Notes under the pieces: generated by a model | Database searches by the model: none | The model's input: the letters and a program-made list of their open reading frames with translations, nothing else | What the model was told of the DNA's origin: nothing | Made by a program: the position numbers and the translations under genes | Origin: Azolla caroliniana | Taxonomy: Eukaryota > Plantae > Polypodiophyta | Assembly (NCBI GenBank): GCA_043228905.1 | Contig: JBHGNT010000008.1 | Span: 3,100,001-3,164,000 of the forward strand | Reading direction: 5' to 3' | DNA length: 64,000 nucleotides | Shown here: one piece after another, positions 14,134 to 25,179 of the stretch | Layout of the letters: each line of letters opens with the position of its first letter | Numbering within the stretch: the first letter of the stretch is position 1

Positions 14134-17100
14134 GTGAAATGCACATAAGAGATCAAAACCAATCCACTTAGCTTCTTACTTCTTGCTCAATTTATAGTTG
14201 ATACAAAGGTACCCATTTGGGTTGGCTTAGCTAAAAAGGGCGTGCTAAAAGGGTGGGTCGTCTTAGGTACATGCATCCTAAAAAGGGCGTGCTCAAAGGG
14301 TGGCACAAAGGAACACATGCACACCACATTCCCCCCCTGAGAGAAACAAGAGATTGAGGAGTAGGAACAGGAACAAGAGCAATGACTTGTCGAAGGAGGG
14401 TGAGCATTTGTTTGAGATAGAGCTCCCACAACCTAGTGCAACGTGTGAACACACACCCTTTGAGAATCTATGATCACGTACAGGTCAAGAGTCACACCAC
14501 TACTCTCTACACATTAACTATGTGTCATAGAATCATATTCTATGACACATAACTAATGAGTTTCATATTCCCCATGACTAATGAGTCTTCACATTCCCAA
14601 GAGAGAGTGGTTGTTGTAGAAAGTTAATGAAGAGAGAGGGTGACCATATAAAGCACCCTCCTGCTTCATACTAAGTCGGTTGTGACTCCTTGTAATGCTA
14701 CATTTTTAATTGGTATTCTCCTTGTGAATATACATCCTCTTCTTGAGTATTCCATTTTCCTCTCACACATACACATAAGACACACCTCTTCCGTAGCACA
14801 AGAATCATACCATGATTCTTTACTTGGTATCAGAGTGGTTTGGTAGCTCGATCTAGCCCATTTTCGTGTGTTGTGTTCTACGCCGATGTTCAAGAAGAAC
14901 CGACTCATCGTTATCGTAGTGCGACTACATAGCTCGTGTTCGAGAGAGAAGGAAAAGAAGAAAGAAAGCTTCATTGACAATGAATACTCAAATGGGGAGC
15001 GCTCTCCCTAGCGAGAAGTTGGATCGAAACAACTTTGCATCTTGGGAGTACAAGATGCACCAATACCTTGTCAATCAAGGACATTGGAACATAAGAAAAT
15101 CGACCTGACCCGAAAGACGTTGACTACTCAACATGAGAGCAAGCGGCAAGCTGAGTGATGTATTGGTTAGCGACATGTGTTCATGACCACATGCTCGACT
15201 TCATTCAAGAAGCCGAGACGCCGAAGGAAGCATGGGAGAATCTCAAGAAGATTTTCGTCGCCAACACGACGACACGAAAGCTTCAACTCCGCCAAGAGTT
15301 GAACAACATCCAACAAAGGGATATGTCCATCACAAGCTACACCTTGAAGATCAAGGAGCTTTGTGACTCACTAGGCTCAATAAGCGTCAATGTGGATGAT
15401 GATTAGATGGTGAAAATATGCCTCGACGGCCTTGCACCACGATTCAACACGATGAGGACCACCGTACTAGCACGAGAGAATCCTCCCTCTTTCACCAATC
15501 TTCAATCCATGTTGTTGGTCGAAGAAAACCATGTTCGAACAAGAAGCAATGCCTAAGAAGGCCACATGCTCTACACACATTCGAACGGAGGAAGAGGACG
15601 CGGCCGATTCGGCCAAGGACAAGGCAGACAAGGCTCGACTTACGAAAACAACTCACAATTTCGGCAACAAGATGGAAGCCATCGAGGAACCTTCAGAAGT
15701 AGGGGGAGCTTCCATTCTAGTCCGAGTTGACAAAACTCGATCGAATGTGGATATTGTGGCAAAATTTGCCACCACGACGAAGAGTGCCAAAAGAAGATGT
15801 GCGAGTCGGCTTCCACTAGCTGACAACTCACCAATTACGCCACCAACTCCAACTATGATGATCATGGCAGAATGTTCGTGATGAGACAGACATAGAGCAA
15901 ATTCTATGTCGGCTTCTACTTCAACTAGTGCCTCCGGTCTAGAAGACGTATGGTTCGTCGACTCTGGTGCCTCGAACCATATGACGTCTCATCAAGAATG
16001 GTTCCAAGACCTTCAAGTGGCGGATCGACCCGGCTATGTCGAAACCAGAGAAGACACTACTCATATGATTCGGCATATCGGCAAACTTACATTAAGAATG
16101 TCTTGCATGTACCAACTATTACTCAGAAGAATTTCATGTCTCCGTCAACCAAATTGTTGAGCAAGGGATGCAAGTTTGATTTAATCAAGGCGGTTGTTTC
16201 ATCGAGGAAAAGGGTCGACTCATCGCTCCCGCACGAAGAGAGGACCGAATGTTCATTCTCGACTCGCACGAGATGAAATCGGCCATGTTTGCAAAATGCA
16301 CCAAAGCCGACACCGACATAGAGTTGTGGCACAAGAGGATTGACCACATCAACCTCCAAAAGCTCAAGGCAATGCAATCGAAAGGAGTCATCATTGGACT
16401 CCCGACCTTCAAAGAGAAAGAGATTGAAGGCGTATGTGCAACATGCCAATTCTGTAAGCAACATCGACACCCGTTTCCATAGGAGAGGAACGTGAGAAAA
16501 GGTGTACTCGACGTAATTCATTCTGATGTATGGGGACCGACTTAAATGGCTACATTCGACGGATGTCGATACTACATGGCCTTCATCGACGACTTCTCCA
16601 GGCACACCTGGATCTACCCCATGCGGCAAAATAACGAAGTGTTCAGACACTTCCAGAAATTCAGAAGGGAAGTCGAAAAGACAATCGGTAGTCATGTGGG
16701 ATGTCTTCGATTAGATGGAGGAAACGAGTAGCTCTCCAACGAATTCTTGGCTTTTCTCCGGAAAAAAGGAATTCAGCAAGAGTTTTCGTGTCAACATACG
16801 CCACAATAGAACGTAGTAGCCGAACGAAAGAATCAACACATCCTCGAAGTAGCATGGGCCATGCTTAACGAGAAGCACATGCCGAAGTCGTATTGGGCAG
16901 AAGCCGCCAACACAGCCGTCTACCTAATGAACTAGTGTACAACATCCAGCGTGCATGAGGTTACCCTGCACGAGAAGTTTTTCGGAAAGAAGCCGGATCT
17001 ATCGCATGTTCGGATATTCAGATCCATTGCATACGTGCACATCCCCGATGAGAAGCGACAAAAGCTTGACCCAAAGTCGGAGAAATGTATCCTTGTAGGA

Positions 17101-17446
17101 CATTCACTAGAGCAAATGGGGTACAAGTGCTATAACCCCTCTACGCGTAAGGTTCGTGTAAGCCGAGATGTAGTCTTCGACGAATCGACATCATGGTACG
17201 AACCCGAGCCAAATCCTCCCGAACCATTTCCAGTCGATCCGGAATCCGCCGAACAAGAGATAGAAGATGGAGATCGACTCGAACACATGTTCAAAGAAAG
17301 TCTGATTATGACAAGGCTTAGTGGGCCACAAGAACCCTTGAGCGACCAAAGCACATCTTGGCCTAGTCCGAAGATGGACAAAGGCAAGGCGAAAATGCCA
17401 GAATATGAAGACGATCAATTCGACGACAACGAATCGACTCACTCAT

Positions 17447-17905
17447 TCGACAGTGAGTTCGGTGGTTTCAATGTACCTATCATGAGGACACATGGCGTAA
17501 AGAAAGCCATTGCCAAGACAAACGAAAAACTCTGTCGCTCCACCCATGAGAAGAATCATGTAAGCCGATTCGGCTACAATAATTATATGGCATACCACTA
17601 TGTCTTTGTGATGAAGGTGGCAACAATTCGAGAACCGGAAAGTTTTTCGGAAGCAGCCAAGGATCCACGATGGGTCGACAGTGAGTTCGGTGGTTTCGAT
17701 GTACCTATCATGAGGACACATGGCGTAAAGAAAGCCATTGCCAAGACAAACGAAAAACTCTGTCGCTCCACCCATGAGAAGAATCATGTAAGCCGATTCG
17801 GCTACAATAATTATATGGCATACCACTATGTCTTTGTGATGAAGGTGGCAACAGTTCGAGAACCGGAAAGTTTTTTGGAAGCAGCCAAGGATCCACGATG
17901 GGTCG
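17447..17905 (+). repeat. In-frame 228 bp tandem duplication in the Copia integrase-RT linker
   Basis: Near-identical copies start at 17447 and 17675 (DSEFGGF..KDPRWV twice), joined at a TCGA microhomology. Confidence 0.95.
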
Positions 17906-18740
17906 AAACAATGAACGAGGAGATGCGCGCACTATGCAAGAAATGAGACATGGGATCTCGTTCCCCACTCACCGCACAAGAAAGCAATCGGCTGCAAATG
18001 GATTTATAAGGTGAAGTATAATGCCGATGGCTCCGTCAACCACTAAAAAGCTCGACTCGTAGCAAAAGGATACGCATAGACACATGGAGTCGACTACGAA
18101 GAGACATTTGCCACGGTGGCAAAGATGACGACTGTGTGGACCGTGATCGCACTCGCAGCAGTGGAAGGGTGGCATCTCCACCAGATGGACGTCAAGAACG
18201 CCTTTCTTCAAGGCGAATTAGAAGAGGAGGTGTACATGGTACTGTCAGGAGATGGCAAGACTCGAACCCATGACCTTATGGTATATGGGTCGAACTCTTA
18301 ACCATCTCACCATCTATTGTAATTCATAGAATATTATTTTCATTTATGTTTTATTATAAGAAAGTAATGTATATTCCAGATTTCTCTGGAACATTCTAGA
18401 AGCTTCAGGATTATTCCTGAGAACACTATAAAAGAAGGCACTAAGCATTATGTTGAACCAAATTGGTTCAACACCAGTCTTAAGCCTCTTAGTCGATTTG
18501 TACTTATCTTTCATATAATATAAGAGCTGTTGTCATCATCCTATTTCCCTCTCTCTCTCCTCTTCTCACTTCCTCTCTCTCGGGAATCTTACGCAGTCCC
18601 GTCCCCTTAGTACTAATAGTACTACTCTTCTTAGTACTAATTCCATCTCTGTTTTAGTACTATTCCTGACAGTTTGAACCAATTTTTTCCTCTAGCCTAC
18701 TTGTCACTCTCCCTCATCCTCCTACCCTTTCCCCTATACT

Positions 18741-19898
18741 ATGGCTACTGTTAGCGCCCAAGAATACCAATCTGTTTTCTCCGAGCTACAGTGCCTAAAA
18801 GAAAAGTTTGTTGCCTTGGAACAAGAAAACCAACGGCTGATAGGGGATCTGCAACAAATCGCTCTAGAAAAACAACAAACGCAACAACAACATGGGGAGT
18901 TAGCGTTACGGGTACAACAACTCGAAGCAGCGTTGCAACAACAAGGATCCAGTCCCCAAGGATTTCATAAAGAGCCCAAGATTGGACTTCCTGTGAAATT
19001 TGATGGAACGCGTTCGCAATTTCGGGGATTCCTTAATCAGGTACGCTTAGTCATCCAGATGCATCCTTCCCGATATCCCACTGATGCATCTCGAGTCGGC
19101 CTAATAGGCACGCTACTTAGCGGCTCAGCCTTGGCATGGTTCGCTCCGCTTCTAGAAAAACAATCGCCCTTGCTTAATAACTTTGAAGATTTTATTGGTG
19201 AGTTTAAAGCCTGCTTTGGAGACACCGACAGCATCAGGACGGCGATCAACAAGATCCGGCGATTGCGTCAAGGCGATCGTCCAGCCTCTGCCTACGCGGC
19301 GGATTTCCGCCTACTTGCTTCAGATATACCCTGGGATGATCAAGCACTAATGGAGCAGTTTCGCTATGGCTTGCGAAACGATGTCAAAGATCTACTTCTA
19401 ACTTTCCCCGAAGAACCAAAGTCTCTTACGGAGGCAATCAGTCGAGCAGTTCGATGTGACAACCGCCTTTTTGAACGGCGTTCAGAACGTCAATTACAGA
19501 TACCACGCTCTAGGCCAGAGCCCACTTACGCCGCAGTCGCGGCTAAACCGTTTGCACGAGACATACCTCAAGCAAATACTTCGACACCGATGGAGATCGA
19601 TACCATGCGTCGACGCGGCCCGTTATCGGAAGAAGAAAAGCAACGACGACGTGCCAATCGATTATGCCTTTATTGCGGTGGACCAGGACATATCGCCATC
19701 AATTGTCCCCATAGGCCAAGAAGACAGGTAAATCAAATTGTCGCCTGTACTAAACCTGAGTCAATTCTTCCCTTCGGAGTGTCTGATAGTAGTAATAGTA
19801 CTAATAGAGTGTCAGATAGTATTCATAGTACTAATAGCCCAAGTATCTCAAATAAATTTGAAATCCTTAGTCAATTAGATGAAGAGTTAAACGATTGA
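18741..19898 (+). CDS. gag: Gag (coiled coil, retrotransposon capsid, CCHC zinc knuckle)
   Basis: 385 aa ORF with PVKFDG, LRQG, PMEID and CLYCGGPGHIAINC motifs. Confidence 0.95.
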   Translation: MATVSAQEYQSVFSELQCLKEKFVALEQENQRLIGDLQQIALEKQQTQQQHGELALRVQQLEAALQQQGSSPQGFHKEPKIGLPVKFDGTRSQFRGFLNQVRLVIQMHPSRYPTDASRVGLIGTLLSGSALAWFAPLLEKQSPLLNNFEDFIGEFKACFGDTDSIRTAINKIRRLRQGDRPASAYAADFRLLASDIPWDDQALMEQFRYGLRNDVKDLLLTFPEEPKSLTEAISRAVRCDNRLFERRSERQLQIPRSRPEPTYAAVAAKPFARDIPQANTSTPMEIDTMRRRGPLSEEEKQRRRANRLCLYCGGPGHIAINCPHRPRRQVNQIVACTKPESILPFGVSDSSNSTNRVSDSIHSTNSPSISNKFEILSQLDEELND

Positions 19899-22800
19899 GT
19901 CCAGCCAAAATAGGAGCCATTTGGTTGGACAGCAGCCCTAGATCTGTACAGCCCATTAGTGGTTCCATTCCTTCCAAGCAAGTTAGCAATGTGTTCCTAG
20001 CCCAAGTCATTGTTAGTACTAAAAGTACTCCCCCAGTACCCGTCCTAGCACTTTTAGATTCCGGAGCTAATTCCTGTTTCATGGATCGAAATTTTGCCCA
20101 AGCTTCTCAGATATCCTTAAGAAAACTTCCTTGTCCCGCATCTGTAGTGGTCATTGATGGTCGTCCCATTGCTTCCGGGAATATTGTAGAAGAATCAGAA
20201 CCCATTCAAGTTGTCCTAGGTAGTTTTGTGTGTATAATATCATTTAATATAATTAGTAGTCCAGAGCATCCCATTGTCCTAGGATTACCTTGGCTTGAGT
20301 TACATAATCCAGCCATAGATTGGAGAACAAGAGAAGTCCGATATCGACCACCCCAAGAATCAACTCGCCGAGTTTCGACCATTTCACTCCATCAACTACG
20401 CGAAGAAGGACCCAAGGAGGCAATGTTCCTATTTTCCATATCAGTACATCCTTCCAGCACTATTAAGAAGGACTCCTCAGTACAACTTCCGGCAAAATAT
20501 CATCCTTATGCCGATGTATTTGACAAGGTAAAAGCCGGTACCCTTCCTCATCACCGTCCCTATGACTGTCCCATCGATTTACAACCAGGAACCGAGCCAC
20601 CATGGGGACCAATTTACAACCTGTCACCCACCGAGTTAGAAGTCCTTCGAGCCTACATAGAGGAGAACTTGGCAAGCGGGTTCATCCGTCATTCGAAATC
20701 TCCGGCCGGTGCACCCATCTTCTTTGTCAAGAAGAAAGATGGCTCACTTCGTCTTGTCGTTGATTACCGCGGATTAAATAAAGTCACCATCCGGAATAGG
20801 TATGCACTTCCTCTTATATCAAGTCTTTTAGAGCGAGTTAATGGTGCCAAGTTTTTTACTAAAATCGACCTACGCGGAGCGTATAATCTCGTGCGGATCC
20901 GACCGGGAGATGAGTGGAAGACCGCTTTTCGCACGCGGTATGGGCATTTTGAGTATACTGTTATGCCGTTTGGCCTAACCAATGCACCCGCAGTCTTCCA
21001 ACACATGGCAAATGATATATTCAGAGACCTCTTGGATATCTGTTTGATCATTTATCTGGATGATCTGTTGATTTATTCGAAGACCCAGGAAGAGCACGAC
21101 TCTCATGTACTATTAGTACTAAAGCGACTCCGCGAGAATGGTCTTTATGCCAAGCTAGAAAAATGTAGCTTTGACTGCAAGCAGGTGGAATTTCTAGGCT
21201 ACGTCATCTCCTCAAAGGGCATCGCCATGGATCCAGCTAAGATCCAAACTGTACTAGAGTGGCAAATTCCACGGTCGGTACGAGATGTACAATGTTTTCT
21301 AGGTTTTGCTAACTTCTACCGTAAGTTTATACAGGATTACTCGAAGATTATTTTACCTCTCACACAACTTACGAAGAAGGGCCAAGCATTTCTTTGGTCC
21401 ATTGAAGCAGATATGGCTTTTCGGCATCTTAAGAAAGCCTTTACATCAGCACCGATTCTAGCTCATGTGGATACAAGCAAACCATTCATCATGGAGGCCG
21501 ACGCATCAGATTTCGCCCTCGGTAGCATCCTTTCTCAACAAGGTGATAAAGAAGAGTTGCATCCGGTGGCTTTCCATTCGCGCAAATTCGATGTCGCAGA
21601 AATCAACTACGAAATACATGACAAGGAGTTATTAGCCATCATGGATTCATTTGTACAATGGCGGCATTTCTTAGAGGGCTCTCCACATCAGGTCATTGTC
21701 TTTAGCGATCATAAAAATCTTGCTTATTTTCAGAACGCTCGCGTACTAAATCGACGGCAAGCTCGGTGGGCGCAATTCCTCACGCGTTTCGACTTCAAAA
21801 TCACATATCGACCGGGGAAGCAGCAAGGAAAAGCAGATGCACTATCACGACGTTCATATCTTGCACCTCGTCCTGGTGAAGCAACATTTGATAATCAAAA
21901 GCAAGTAATCTTGGGACCAACACGATTGCACACGACGCGGATTTTTCACACCCCGATGGATTCACGGATTACCGATGACATACGTGCAACCTTGAAGACG
22001 GATAGTTTTGCTCAAGACATCCTGGCGCACATTGATACTTCTCGGGCATCCTGTTCTCAGTCTCAACAACCAGGTATTGACTACCGACAATTCGAATATC
22101 ATGATGGTTTGTTATTCTTTAAAAAGCGCGTATATGTCCCCGATTGCTCCTGTCGCCTTCAAATTGTCCAACATTGTCACGACACCCATACGGCGGGACA
22201 TTTCGGTAGTACTAAGACGTTGGAGCTAGTGCAGCGATCTTTTTGGTGGCCCCACATGCGCCGTTTTGTCGACGACTACGTTCGGACCTGTGATGCTTGC
22301 TGCCGAGCAAAGATGCCACGACACCATCCATATGGCTTGTTGGAACCTTTACCAATTCCAAGTAAGCCATGGCAGTCTATTTGTCTTGATTTTATCACAG
22401 ATCTGCCGGTCTCGAAAGGGTTCGATGCTATCCTAACCGTCGTCGATCGATATACGAAGATGGCACATTTTGTGCCATGTACTAAAGCCATCACTAGCGA
22501 GGAAACCGCCGCTCTTGTTATGCGTGAGGTTTTTCGGCATCATGGCCTCCCAGACAGTATTATCAGTGACCGAGGCCCGCAATTTGTCTCCAAATTTTGG
22601 CAGCATCTCTTCAAGATGCTCAAGGTCTCCTGCAACCTCTCCTCCGGCTACCATCCTCAGACCGATGGACAGGCGGAACGAACAAACCAAACGCTGGAGC
22701 AATATCTCCGGTGTTTCCTGAGTTATCAACAGGACGATTGGGCCGAGATTCTCCACTTTGCGGAGTTTGCGTATAATAATGCTATTCACTCCTCGACTCG

Positions 22801-23467
22801 GGTCTCCCCATTTTTCGCTTATACCGGTTTCCATCCCCGCTGGTCGGTGATCGACACTCCGGAGCTACCTACCAACCCTCGTGCCGAGGATCATTTGGAG
22901 AGGCTACGCAAGATCCAGAAGGATCTCTCTACTCACCTTCGTCAGGCTCAACACACACAGAAGACTTATGCGGATCGTCATCGGATTCCCTCCTCTTTTG
23001 CCATCGGAGATCGAGTATGGCTCTTACGTCGTCACATCAAGACTACTCGACCGTGCGACAAGTTGGATTATCGACGACTCGGTCCTTTCCGTATTACGGG
23101 GAAGATTAATGATGTCACCTTCCGCCTTGATCTCCCTCCGCAGCTTCAGATACATCCGGTTTTCCATTGTTCTCTTCTTGAACCTTATAAAGCAAACACC
23201 ATTCCCGATCGTGTGACACCACCGCCGCCCCCACTGGAGTTGGACGCCGGCCCGGAGTATGAAGTTGCTGACATCCTCGATTCCAAACTTGTTCGCAACA
23301 AACTCTATTACTTGGTCGATTGGCTCGGTTATAGTCCGAGCGAACGTACTTGGGAACCCGTCGAGAATGTTGCCAATGCACAAGATCTTCTTGCTGATTT
23401 CCACCGAAAGTATCCGGACAAACCCGGTCCGCAAGTAGCGCTGACTCGTTCCACTCGTCGTCTTTAA
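19883..23467 (+). CDS. pol: Pol (protease, RT, RNase H, integrase, chromodomain), in the -1 frame relative to gag
   Basis: LLDSGA protease, YLDD RT, RNase H EADASD..DHKNL, HHCC plus DDE integrase, GPF motif, C-terminal chromodomain EYEVADILD..YLVDWLGY..TWEP. Confidence 0.96.
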   Translation, partial: RVKRLSPAKIGAIWLDSSPRSVQPISGSIPSKQVSNVFLAQVIVSTKSTPPVPVLALLDSGANSCFMDRNFAQASQISLRKLPCPASVVVIDGRPIASGNIVEESEPIQVVLGSFVCIISFNIISSPEHPIVLGLPWLELHNPAIDWRTREVRYRPPQESTRRVSTISLHQLREEGPKEAMFLFSISVHPSSTIKKDSSVQLPAKYHPYADVFDKVKAGTLPHHRPYDCPIDLQPGTEPPWGPIYNLSPTELEVLRAYIEENLASGFIRHSKSPAGAPIFFVKKKDGSLRLVVDYRGLNKVTIRNRYALPLISSLLERVNGAKFFTKIDLRGAYNLVRIRPGDEWKTAFRTRYGHFEYTVMPFGLTNAPAVFQHMANDIFRDLLDICLIIYLDDLLIYSKTQEEHDSHVLLVLKRLRENGLYAKLEKCSFDCKQVEFLGYVISSKGIAMDPAKIQTVLEWQIPRSVRDVQCFLGFANFYRKFIQDYSKIILPLTQLTKKGQAFLWSIEADMAFRHLKKAFTSAPILAHVDTSKPFIMEADASDFALGSILSQQGDKEELHPVAFHSRKFDVAEINYEIHDKELLAIMDSFVQWRHFLEGSPHQVIVFSDHKNLAYFQNARVLNRRQARWAQFLTRFDFKITYRPGKQQGKADALSRRSYLAPRPGEATFDNQKQVILGPTRLHTTRIFHTPMDSRITDDIRATLKTDSFAQDILAHIDTSRASCSQSQQPGIDYRQFEYHDGLLFFKKRVYVPDCSCRLQIVQHCHDTHTAGHFGSTKTLELVQRSFWWPHMRRFVDDYVRTCDACCRAKMPRHHPYGLLEPLPIPSKPWQSICLDFITDLPVSKGFDAILTVVDRYTKMAHFVPCTKAITSEETAALVMREVFRHHGLPDSIISDRGPQFVSKFWQHLFKMLKVSCNLSSGYHPQTDGQAERTNQTLEQYLRCFLSYQQDDWAEILHFAEFAYNNAIHSSTRVSPFFAYTGFHPRWSVIDTPELPTNPRAEDHLERLRKIQKDLSTHLRQAQHTQKTYADRHRIPSSFAIGDRVWLLRRHIKTTRPCDKLDYRRLGPFRITGKINDVTFRLDLPPQLQIHPVFHCSLLEPYKANTIPDRVTPPPPPLELDAGPEYEVADILDSKLVRNKLYYLVDWLGYSPSERTWEPVENVANAQDLLADFHRKYPDKPGPQVALTRSTRRL
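19886..19942 (+). promoter_or_regulatory. Putative -1 programmed ribosomal frameshift signal
   Basis: Heptamer G_TTA_AAC (19886-19892) in the gag frame, 6 nt spacer, then an 11 bp stem GTCCAGCCAAA/TTTGGTTGGAC. Confidence 0.8.
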
Positions 23468-25179
23468 GGGGGAGATAGTGTCAGGAGATGGCAAGACTCG
23501 AACCCATGACCTTATGGTATATGGGTCGAACTCTTAACCATCTCACCATCTATTGTAATTCATAGAATATTATTTTCATTTATGTTTTATTATAAGAAAG
23601 TAATGTATATTCCAGATTTCTCTGGAACATTCTAGAAGCTTCAGGATTATTCCTGAGAACACTATAAAAGAAGGCACTAAGCATTATGTTGAACCAAATT
23701 GGTTCAACACCAGTCTTAAGCCTCTTAGTCGATTTGTACTTATCTTTCATATAATATAAGAGCTGTTGTCATCATCCTATTTCCCTCTCTCTCTCCTCTT
23801 CTCACTTCCTCTCTCTCGGGAATCTTACGCAGTCCCGTCCCCTTAGTACTAATAGTACTACTCTTCTTAGTACTAATTCCATCTCTGTTTTAGTACTATT
23901 CCTGACAGGTACAACCACCCGGTTTCGAATCCAGCATTCATCCGAAAGCCATCTACCAACTCAAGAAGCTTCTCTACAGCCTTAAGCAAGCACTGCGTGC
24001 TTGGCATTCAAAGATAATGCAATATCTTCATCAAATGGGCTTTCGAATGTCGAAATCTGACAACTCCCTCTACGTACGAAACGACTCTAGAAGCCCGATT
24101 GTTGTCATCCTATACATGGATGATCTAGTTATTGGAGATGAGCATTTAGTTGGCATCAACAAGGTGAAGTCCCTCCTCTCCAACAAATTTGAGATGACGG
24201 ACATGAAGGAGTTCCATTACTTCCTTGGCATCGAGGTAATTCGGACTCCGGCCGGCATTATGATCTTTCAACGACACTACATCCTTAACTTGTTATTCAA
24301 GTTCGGGATGGCTGAGTGTAAACTTGTGGCAACCCCTCTCGATCGAAACCTCAAACTGGATGCCGACTCCGGCACAGAAGAGTGCGAGCCGACTCAATAT
24401 CGACAACTAATCTGGAGTCTCATCTACTTCACGATCACTCGACCCAACCTAAGCTATTAGGTCGGCCTCCTTAGCCAATTCATGCAAACTCCACGAGATA
24501 TCCATTTGGATTGTGCTAAGCGAGTTTTACAATACGTGAGCGGCACAATGGATTGTGGTATTCTCTACGAATCAGTCACACTAATTCGACTAGAAGGGTA
24601 CACAGATGATGATTGGGCTGGTTGCATAGCCGATTGACATTCAACCTCCGGATTTGTCTTCTCGCTCGACATCGGAGCAATATCTTGGAGTAGTAAGAAA
24701 CAGCCTATTGTCACACTTTCGAGCACGGAGGCTGAATACAGAGCCACAGAACACACATCTCTTCTGTTGCACAAGAATCATACCACGATTCTTTACACTA
24801 TCCATGTTGGCAAGTGTCGAATGGACATCAATGGACAATTCTGGTGGAAGGCAAGCGTTACGTCCATAAAATGCTAGAAAAGGGTTGATCTGTGTTGACA
24901 TACGTACAGATGTATTGTAGGCGTGGGTGATGAAAGACAAGATTTGATCCCAGGTTTTGTAGCATGGATCGATGTAAGCGGGGATCTCCTTCTTGAGGGT
25001 CTTGTTGAAGCATCCAGTGAGGCCATTTGTCTGAGGATGGTATTGGGACTTAAACACTTGTTGGACACCTAGTTGAGCTGCAACAACGTTGAGGACATCC
25101 CTGTGGAACTTATGACCTTGATAATATAATAGTTGGACGGGGCTTGTGATAGAAAACGAGTTAACAATTGGTAGATAGA

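Larger units (their letters stand above)
18243..23907 (+). mobile_element. Intact Ty3/Gypsy chromovirus (Tcn1/Tf1-like) LTR retrotransposon
   Basis: 429 bp LTRs (18243-18671, 23479-23907) with TG..CA ends, identical by eye; TSD GGTAC; PPT AAGGGGGAGATAG (23466-23478); uninterrupted gag and pol. Confidence 0.98.
14444..24797 (+). mobile_element. Decayed Ty1/Copia retrotransposon, interrupted by the Gypsy and 3'-deleted
   Basis: 5' LTR ~14444-14824; PBS TGGTATCAGAG (tRNA-iMet) at 14825. gag with CGYCGK..H....C knuckle, protease WFVDSGASNHM, GAG-pre-integrase LWHKR, integrase, RT ([16 protein letters not shown]), RNase H start STEAEYRA fused to the last ~50 bp of the 3' LTR (24747-24797). Many stops and frameshifts. 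Confidence 0.93.

Noticed and set aside
18243-18320. Functional tRNA gene
   Set aside because: Anticodon and acceptor arms do not form a proper cloverleaf; kept only as a tRNA-like Pol III motif finding.
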